Below are positions 45,801 through 51,578 of a stretch of 51,578 nucleotides of DNA, piece after piece. The translations under genes and the position numbers were made by a program. This stretch comes from an uncultured Flavobacteriales bacterium (GTDB lineage Bacteria > Bacteroidota > Bacteroidia > Flavobacteriales > UBA7312): NCBI GenBank assembly GCA_963991165.1, contig CAXDOW010000002.1:1-51578 (forward strand), in the 5' to 3' direction. The notes under the pieces are model-generated. The model worked only from the letters and a program-made list of their open reading frames with translations. It made no database searches and was not told the DNA's origin. Each line of letters begins with the position of its first letter. The first letter of the stretch is position 1.

Positions 45801-46176
45801 TGACGTTTTCACGACACTTTTGATTGTAGTCCGCAATGGAAATGCTGTTACCAATATCTTCTTTGGTGATACCTAGTTCTTTCTCTACGCTTAGTTCAAC
45901 TGGTAATCCATGAGTATCCCAACCTGCTTTACGATTTACTTTGAATCCTTGGAGGGTTTTAAAACGACAAAAAATATCTTTGATTGCCCGCCCCATTACG
46001 TGGTGAATACCGGGCTTTCCATTCGCTGAGGGAGGACCTTCATAAAAGGTAAAAGATGGATTTCCATCTCTGGTAGAAAGACTTTTTTCAAAGATGTAAC
46101 GTTCTTTCCACTGTGCTAAGACCTCGGTATTGATGGCTGAAAGATCTAGCTGTTTGTATTCAGGGTATTTTTTCAT
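42820..46176 (-). CDS. ileS: Isoleucine--tRNA ligase
   Basis: A HIGH-type motif (PSANGKPGIHHVMG) and KMSKR are present in a 1118-aa type-2-length protein. Confidence 0.97.
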   Translation of the reverse strand: MKKYPEYKQLDLSAINTEVLAQWKERYIFEKSLSTRDGNPSFTFYEGPPSANGKPGIHHVMGRAIKDIFCRFKTLQGFKVNRKAGWDTHGLPVELSVEKELGITKEDIGNSISIADYNQKCRENVMTFKSTWEDLTNKMGYWVDMNDPYVTFDNKYIESVWWLLSQMDKKDMLYKGYTIQPYSPKAGTGLSSHELNQPGCYRNVKDLSAIAQFKAIKYTDSEFLFEKSHGDVFFLAWTTTPWTLPSNTALAVGKNIDYVVVNTFNTYTFKPITVILAKALFGTYFLEKNATLSLSDYKEGDKNIPFDLIQEIKGTDLAGLRYEQLLPYVQPQDGEAFKVLIGDFVTTEDGTGIVHLAPSFGADDNLVAKQNGIGSLTLVDTQGRFVEEVTDFAGMYVKNEFYDDGKAPEKSADIQIVIKLKEENKCFKAEKYEHSYPHCWRTDKPILYYPLESWFVKTTAAKERMVALNKSIHWKPKSTGEGRFGNWLENLVDWNLSRSRFWGIPLPIWVSQDGHEQICIGSIEQLKQEIEHAQNVGVMSHNPLADFEVGNMSKENYKTFDLHRPFVDDIVLATSDGQPMYREKDLIDVWFDSGSMPYAQLHYPFENKDRFESNFPADFIAEGVDQTRGWFFTLHAIASILFDSVAFKNVVSNGLVLDKTGNKMSKRLGNAVDPFTTLEEYGADATRWYMISNAQPWDNLKFDIEGLAEVKRKFFGTLYNTYSFFALYANIDGFCFQEETISVENRPEIDQWILSELNTLNKQVHSSLEDYEPTKASRLIQTFVNDNLSNWYVRLCRRRFWKGDYGTDKISAYQTLYTCLETIAVIASPIAPFFMDRLFNDLNMVTQKSKHESVHLTQWPKIQEQYINKDLEEKMGLAQSLTSMAFSLRKKENLRVRQPLRKILVPVINETTKQHIQAVKPLVLAEVNVKDLEFMTADSGILVKKIKPNFKTLGPKFGSQMKTIAQAIAQFTAEDIDSIENNGSYTLVHNDEKIHIDRQDVEISTEDIPGWAVTSMNGLTVALDISLDQSLINEGLARELVNRIQTIRKESGLEVTDRIHVSVGSQETLNTAINENLNYICSETLADDLRIVSISDHQEKHIELVEGVQTSIEIQNVK

Positions 46177-46595
46177 TCGTCAATGGTGGCGATTACTTTT
46201 AATTCTATGGCAATAGGAGTAGGTAGGCAGTTGATTTCTACAGTTGTTCTACAGGGTTGATTATCGGCAAAAAACTCGGCATAAATTGTATTGTAGGTTT
46301 TAAAGTCGTCTTTCATATTGGTTAAAAAGACTGTGACGTCTATTATTTTATCCCAAGATGAGCCTGATTCCTCCACAATAGTGCGGACGTTGTTGAATAC
46401 CGATCGGCATTGTGTTGCTATATCGTATGAAACTATATTTCCAGAGTCATCTAGTTCAACTCCAGGAATTTTTTTGGTGCCTTTTTCTCGTGGGCCCACT
46501 CCTGATAAAAACAAGAGATTGCCATGCTGTCGAGCATGTGGGTAAAGGCCTACTGGCTCGGGTGCTTTGGTCGATTCTATTTTCTTACTGCTCAT
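46173..46595 (-). CDS. ridA: RidA/YjgF-family reactive intermediate deaminase
   Basis: LFLSGVGP and the C-terminal CRTTVEI...IELKVIA pattern are present. It has an ATGA overlap with ileS. Confidence 0.85.
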   Translation of the reverse strand: MSSKKIESTKAPEPVGLYPHARQHGNLLFLSGVGPREKGTKKIPGVELDDSGNIVSYDIATQCRSVFNNVRTIVEESGSSWDKIIDVTVFLTNMKDDFKTYNTIYAEFFADNQPCRTTVEINCLPTPIAIELKVIATIDE

Positions 46596-46681
46596 AGATC
46601 AAAATTTAATGGTGCGAAAATACTCATTGCTAAGGACAATAGCAATGTATGAAAAATCGCGTAAAACATCAGAAAATTAAA

Positions 46682-46689
46682 TACCTTTG
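46682..46689 (+). promoter_or_regulatory. Candidate -7 box (TACCTTTG) for tRNA-Ala
   Basis: It matches TAnnTTTG and ends 12 nt before the first tRNA nucleotide. Confidence 0.45.
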
Positions 46690-46701
46690 TGGGCAATTAT
46701 T

Positions 46702-46778
46702 GGGGATGTAGCTCAGTTGGCTAGAGCGTTTGACTGGCAGTCAAGAGGTCGTGGGTTCGAGTCCCATCTTCTCCACCA
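46702..46778 (+). tRNA. tRNA-Ala (anticodon GGC), CCA encoded
   Basis: A hand-folded cloverleaf fits: acceptor GGGGATG/CTTCTCC with the G3:U70 alanine identity pair, D arm GCTC..GAGC, anticodon stem TTTGA/TCAAG with loop CTGGCAG, and T arm GTGGG-TTCGAGT-CCCAT, followed by ACCA. Confidence 0.9.
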
Positions 46779-46779
46779 A

Positions 46780-46822
46780 AGCGGAATCCATCTCATTTTA
46801 AGATAGTGTTCCGCTTTTTTTT
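46780..46822 (+). terminator. Rho-independent terminator after tRNA-Ala
   Basis: AGCGGAA ... TTCCGCT is followed by T8. Confidence 0.7.
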
Positions 46823-46948
46823 ATTTTCATATATTCAAATGGTTCTTCTATATGGAGTTAGGTTTGCTAAAAAAGTTCTATTGAAAATTTTAAACTTGTT
46901 TAAAACGTGAGCACATAGAAAAATTAAAAAAAGCAATTTGATAATTAT

Positions 46949-46956
46949 TATCTTTG
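46949..46956 (+). promoter_or_regulatory. Candidate -7 box (TATCTTTG) for the giant adhesin gene
   Basis: It matches TAnnTTTG 70 nt upstream of the ATG at 47026. Confidence 0.35.
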
Positions 46957-47025
46957 TAATAATATCGATTAGATATTCATATGCAAGTTTATTTCTCAGT
47001 ATTATTACAAATAACAAATTAAGAA

Positions 47026-50000
47026 ATGAAGGACGTTAAAAAAATCGTAATAGTTTTTTGGTTTTTGGTTTTTTCAAGTCAAATTATCAATGCGCAACAA
47101 GTCTTCATCAGTCAAGACTTTGAAGGTCCTTTAACTGTTGATTGGACTTGGAACGAGATTGTGCCCTTTTTGAGCACAGTAAGTTCCACTAGTAACACCT
47201 TTGTTGTAAACGACATCTACCAAGGTGGATTGGTTCAGTTTGAACCATTATTTTCTCCCAATATACCAAATACAACCGATCAGGGTTATCAGCCCAATAG
47301 CAATTACCTTCATACCGTTTCTTTTTCTGCACTAAATGGAACACCTCCCAACTTTGCCCCTGTCCCTAATTGTAACTATATAGATCAATTCAATAATGGT
47401 GTTAATCAAGAGTTGATTTGTGCTGTTACACCTGATTATAGCACCATTGGTTTTGACAGTGTGGATGTCGCATTTTGGTGGTTCAGTGGACAATCGGAAA
47501 CATCTTTTGGAACCGAAGTGTACTATTCAATTGACCAAGGAGTAGCTTGGACACAAATTGATGGTCCTTTAGTAGCTAATAATACATGGCAAGAAACAGT
47601 CATTGATTTGGGAGTAGCCATCGACAATCAGCCCAATGTAAGATTTGCTTTTGTTTTTAATAATGAAATGGAAGACAATATTCTTACTCCACCACCCATT
47701 TGGAATTCTGGTGTTGGCTTTGGTTTAGATGATTTTAGACTTATTGCCGATTGCGACTTTTCTTTACCTCAAGATTATACCGTTTGTTCTGGAGAATCAA
47801 CTACCATTTTTGCCGATACTGCCTGGTACAATAACTTTGTTTGGAATACAGGTTCATTGGCAGATAGTACGTCACTAATTATTAATCAAGATACCAACAT
47901 AGTTGTAATTGCAACAAACCCTTATTGCAATGTGACCGATACCATTACCGTTTTTGTTCAAACTGTTTGTAATGAAAACGAAATTGATTGTGAAGAGTTT
48001 TCAATTGCTGTAAATTTTGCTGATTTATATTGTCATGAATTAAACGGACCTGCAAGTGGCCAAATAGAAATCACTGCCTCAGGTGGTACGCCACCTTATG
48101 TGCAATATGAGATTTCTTCTACAAACCAAAGCCCCAATAATCTTTTCGCAAATTTAGAAGCAGGCACCTATAATTGTTTTGTTTTAGATGCTAATGGTTG
48201 TGGTTCTGATACAGTACAAGTTAATCTGTCCTCTCCTGATCCAATTAGCATTGCGTCAAGCTCAGTTCTTCCAACATTAAACTCAAATAATGGTAGTATA
48301 GATGTTGTTGTCAACGGTGGGGTTGGCCCCTATTCCTTTGAGTGGACTGGTCCGTCAAATTTCAACTCTGACAATCAAAATATCTCTGATTTGGTTTCCG
48401 GAATTTATGTTCTGACAGTTTTTGACTCTAATGGATGTTCTATTTCCGAGGAATTTAACTTAAATGAAAACTTGAATTGCACAAATATTTCAAGTTTGAA
48501 CCTGAATAGTGTTATTCAAGCATTAGAATGTTATTCTGACACGGTTATTTTTAGTTTGGAAAATTATATTGATCTAGATTTTTATACCATTTCAAGTCAA
48601 TGGATTAATCAATCAAATGCTTTTACATGGGGTCAAAATGGTGTATTTTGGTTTCATCCTTCTAGTCTTATTGGAAACAGCGATGATAGTTTTTTTTCGG
48701 AGGATGCGCTAACTTTTGAAATATACGATCAAAATCAAAGTCTTTGTGATACTGACACAATTAATTTAAACAATGTAGTGTGTGATGATGATATCAACAA
48801 CTGTGATTTTTCATTAGAAATATACACATACAATTTAGAATGTTCGTTTTATGATAATGATGGCATTCTTACACCAAATTATGGAGGGATTAATATTGTG
48901 AACCCTACTAACGCAACAGCCATAGTTGAAATAACTAATCTAGGCAGTCAAGAAGAGTTTGGTGTTGAATTAAATTCTCAAGAATCGTATTATTTTGGCC
49001 TTTCATCTGGCAACTATTTGCTCACTGCGTACTATCCTGAATTTGATTGTTTTTACAATCAAGAGTTCAGCATTTTAGATAATAGTATGAATGTTAACTT
49101 CTTTTCTACACCATCTTCCAGTGTAAACAGTCAAGATGGTTCAATAAGCTTAAACATAAGTTCCGGAACTCCCAATTATTCAGTTTCAATTTATGGCCCA
49201 AACGGATTTAGTACGTTTTATAACGAAATTGAAGGGTCATTATTTATTGGTAATTTGCTGGCCGGTCCATATGATTTTTACATAACAGATAGCATCGGTT
49301 GTTTAGAATCTATTTTTGTCTTTATCAATTTTATGCCAAATGTCTTTGGCTGTACAGATTCATTAGCGGTCAACTACAATCCGCTTGCCGATGTCGATGA
49401 TGGGACCTGCGACTATTGTCAAATCACATTAGTTAGTACCGAAAATACAAGCTGTGAAATGAATGGTGGATTTATCGAAGTGGCTACTAACGCATTAGGT
49501 TATGAATATGATATTCAAATATTGGAGGATGGTAATTGGATTTCATATAATGATGGATGCTTCAATAATTTAGATTATGGGGCATATTGGAGTTGTTTGC
49601 CGGCAGATACATTTATGATCATTGGCTATGGTCCAAACAATTGTGTGGACACTATAAGCAATTCAAACATTAATTTGACGGAACTAATTGAAAATGAAGA
49701 ACTAGAAATGATTCAATTATACCCACTAACAGATGATGTGTATTCAGATGTTGTTTCAATAGGGTTCCCCTTTACATACATGGGCGTAACTTACGAGGAA
49801 TGCTTAATTAGTTCTAACAATTATTTGTCGTTCAATCTGAACAATGCTATGTTTTATTCTCAATGGTCAATAAATAATGCTGTTCCGTCTGATATGATCC
49901 CTACTAATGCAATTATGACACCATTTCAAGATTTAAATCCAGCTATTGGAGGTGATATTGAATACTTGACATATGGCGTGGCGCCTAATAGAGTGTTTAT

Positions 50001-51507
50001 TGTTAGATGGAAAGAAATCCCAATGTATTCATGTGTTGATGAATTGTTTTCATCTACCATTTATCTTTTCGAGGGCAGTAATATTATCGAAACTCATATT
50101 GAAAACAAACCTGTTTGCCCAACCTGGAATGAAGGAGCGGCGATACATGCTTTGCACAATGCTAATGGAACTGAGGCCGATGTTGTTTTTGATAACAGCA
50201 TTAATAGTTTTAGAAACTATCCTAATCTTTGGACAACCGCCAATAACGGCTATCAATTTGTTCCCGACCAAAATAGTCTTGATTATCAGCTTAACAATGT
50301 AGAATATGGCAGCCAATATCAGTCAGAAAATTACCTTTCCACTATAAATGAAGGAGAAATAGGATGTACCGATCCAAATGCTCTAAACTACAATGCTTTA
50401 GCAGTATGTAGTGACAACAGTTGTATTTATCCCCTTGTATTTGGGTGTACGGATTCAACTTCTTTTAATTACGATTCACTTGCTAATGTAAGCGATGGTA
50501 GTTGTTGTTATCAAAATCCTTTAACTGTGGTTTTAAACTCGGGCCAAAATCCATGGGAATCCAGTTGGAGTATAGCAAGTCTTTTTGATTCAACAATATA
50601 CTACAGCCAAGACACAATAATGTTTGAGGATTTGGATTCGGTCAGTACAGAGTTTTTCTGTTTGAGTAATGGGTGCTATCAATTAAACATGTTTAATTGG
50701 ATAGGTGGGTCAATAGACTTGTTCTACTTCAATAACCTATTTATAAGCCTGCAGCCAGCTATTGGTTCAGATATTACAACCCTTGAGTTTTGTCTACCAA
50801 TAAATCTAGAGGGGTGTACGGATTCGTTAGCTTGCAACTTTAACCAATATTCAAATATAGACGATGGCAGTTGTTCTTATCCACAATTTGTAAATCAAGA
50901 GTTTACAGTGTGTGGAGGATTTGATTTAGATGGCGATTTCTATGAACAATCATTTACTCACATTGATACATTAATTAGCTCAGGCGGATGTGATAGTATT
51001 GTAAATACGTTTTATGACATTCAATATGGACCACAAGCTGACATGTTTATCAATTTTATATCGAACCTGCTTTCAGTACAAACAGATATTTTGCCAGAAG
51101 AAGCTACTTTTTTATGGAATACCAATGAAAATACCTCTTATATATATATTGACTCAAATGGTGTTTACTCTGTTTTGGTAACAGATACATCAAATAATTG
51201 CAGTACTAGTTCGTCAATTGTTGTAAACTGGTTTGAAACGAATGATATTTTATTTAGTGACATTGATAATCAAATTACAATTTTTCCAAATCCATTTTAT
51301 GATGAAACAACATTAACATTCTCAAATAAAGAAAATGATAATGCCACTGTTCAATTAGTTGATTCAAGAGGAAGATTAGTGAGAAGATATGACAATTTAA
51401 AAACTGAAAAGTTGATAATTGAAAAAGATAATTTATCTAACGGACTGTATTACATCAATTTGAAAATCAATGAACGGGTGTATAGATCAAAAATAATTAT
51501 TCAGTAA
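47026..51507 (+). CDS. Giant (1493 aa) T9SS-secreted multidomain surface protein/adhesin with SprB-like repeats
   Basis: It has a signal peptide and SprB-type repeats (GQIEITASGGTPPYVQYEIS; GSIDVVVNGGVGPYSFEWTGP...SGIYVLTVFDSNGC; GSISLNISSGTPNYSVSIYGP). Four short GCTD...NY...DDGSC.Y motifs are present. The type-A Por tail is ITIFPNPFYDETTLTF...GLYYINLKINERVYRSKIIIQ. Confidence 0.85.
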   Translation: MKDVKKIVIVFWFLVFSSQIINAQQVFISQDFEGPLTVDWTWNEIVPFLSTVSSTSNTFVVNDIYQGGLVQFEPLFSPNIPNTTDQGYQPNSNYLHTVSFSALNGTPPNFAPVPNCNYIDQFNNGVNQELICAVTPDYSTIGFDSVDVAFWWFSGQSETSFGTEVYYSIDQGVAWTQIDGPLVANNTWQETVIDLGVAIDNQPNVRFAFVFNNEMEDNILTPPPIWNSGVGFGLDDFRLIADCDFSLPQDYTVCSGESTTIFADTAWYNNFVWNTGSLADSTSLIINQDTNIVVIATNPYCNVTDTITVFVQTVCNENEIDCEEFSIAVNFADLYCHELNGPASGQIEITASGGTPPYVQYEISSTNQSPNNLFANLEAGTYNCFVLDANGCGSDTVQVNLSSPDPISIASSSVLPTLNSNNGSIDVVVNGGVGPYSFEWTGPSNFNSDNQNISDLVSGIYVLTVFDSNGCSISEEFNLNENLNCTNISSLNLNSVIQALECYSDTVIFSLENYIDLDFYTISSQWINQSNAFTWGQNGVFWFHPSSLIGNSDDSFFSEDALTFEIYDQNQSLCDTDTINLNNVVCDDDINNCDFSLEIYTYNLECSFYDNDGILTPNYGGINIVNPTNATAIVEITNLGSQEEFGVELNSQESYYFGLSSGNYLLTAYYPEFDCFYNQEFSILDNSMNVNFFSTPSSSVNSQDGSISLNISSGTPNYSVSIYGPNGFSTFYNEIEGSLFIGNLLAGPYDFYITDSIGCLESIFVFINFMPNVFGCTDSLAVNYNPLADVDDGTCDYCQITLVSTENTSCEMNGGFIEVATNALGYEYDIQILEDGNWISYNDGCFNNLDYGAYWSCLPADTFMIIGYGPNNCVDTISNSNINLTELIENEELEMIQLYPLTDDVYSDVVSIGFPFTYMGVTYEECLISSNNYLSFNLNNAMFYSQWSINNAVPSDMIPTNAIMTPFQDLNPAIGGDIEYLTYGVAPNRVFIVRWKEIPMYSCVDELFSSTIYLFEGSNIIETHIENKPVCPTWNEGAAIHALHNANGTEADVVFDNSINSFRNYPNLWTTANNGYQFVPDQNSLDYQLNNVEYGSQYQSENYLSTINEGEIGCTDPNALNYNALAVCSDNSCIYPLVFGCTDSTSFNYDSLANVSDGSCCYQNPLTVVLNSGQNPWESSWSIASLFDSTIYYSQDTIMFEDLDSVSTEFFCLSNGCYQLNMFNWIGGSIDLFYFNNLFISLQPAIGSDITTLEFCLPINLEGCTDSLACNFNQYSNIDDGSCSYPQFVNQEFTVCGGFDLDGDFYEQSFTHIDTLISSGGCDSIVNTFYDIQYGPQADMFINFISNLLSVQTDILPEEATFLWNTNENTSYIYIDSNGVYSVLVTDTSNNCSTSSSIVVNWFETNDILFSDIDNQITIFPNPFYDETTLTFSNKENDNATVQLVDSRGRLVRRYDNLKTEKLIIEKDNLSNGLYYINLKINERVYRSKIIIQ

Positions 51508-51543
51508 ACTATCGAAATAAGGACGCTTAGGTCCACCAAAAAG

Positions 51544-51569
51544 AAACCCACTCAATTGAGTGGGTTTTT
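51544..51569 (+). terminator. Rho-independent terminator after the adhesin gene
   Basis: AAACCCACTC-aatt-GAGTGGGTTT is followed by a T-run. Confidence 0.7.
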
Positions 51570-51578
51570 GTATTATTT

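Noticed and set aside
46779-47025. A genomic island or integration junction might lie downstream of tRNA-Ala, where there is an AT-rich spacer and a 60-aa minus-strand ORF.
   Set aside because: There is no integrase, no recombinase and no visible direct repeat of the tRNA 3' end. The spacer is better explained as terminator plus promoter region for the adhesin gene.
49973-50316. A 109-aa plus-strand alternate-frame ORF and an 88-aa minus-strand ORF lie inside the adhesin gene.
   Set aside because: Both are embedded in the NIDO-like segment of a continuous 1493-aa reading frame and have no independent signals.

Overview
This 51.6 kb window is a low-GC chromosomal segment that reads as Bacteroidota, probably Flavobacteriia-like. 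The evidence is gldH, several type IX secretion (T9SS) C-terminal sorting domains, and repeated TAnnTTTG -7 promoter boxes just upstream of start codons. I saw no rRNA, CRISPR array, transposase, integrase or phage genes.

Most of the window is housekeeping: pheS, pgk, holB, a PSP1/RicT-like gene, gldH, PBP1A, CoA-transferase A/B, lipB, lysS, gpsA, uvrC, asd, the lspA/dksA-like/ileS/ridA block, and one tRNA-Ala(GGC).

Accessory content worth a second look:
1. A five-gene minus-strand cluster (9901-14098) combines an MbnP-like protein, a di-haem MauG/MbnH-like peroxidase, an HMA metallochaperone, a TlpA-like thioredoxin and a small outer-membrane barrel. The MbnP-like and thioredoxin proteins both carry T9SS sorting tails. 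I consider this the best candidate for a poorly described system, a surface-exposed copper-handling module.
2. A translationally coupled photolyase pair sits behind a perfect 10-bp palindrome. It consists of an inverted-topology NewPHL-like enzyme and a PhrB/CryB-like protein that lacks the Fe-S cysteines.
3. A MacB-type ABC system has a histidine-rich periplasmic loop and a DUF3299-like partner.
4. A minimal neuA-neuB-neuC sialic acid cassette.
5. A tiny Kunitz/BPTI-like cysteine-rich gene whose signal peptide is out of frame with the only ATG.
6. A 1493-aa T9SS adhesin carries four copies of an unnamed Cys-bracketed 23-aa motif.
7. A large edge-truncated surface-protein gene (1-2420, minus strand) is absent from the supplied ORF track.

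All calls rest on reading the translations and the DNA by eye. No database search was run.
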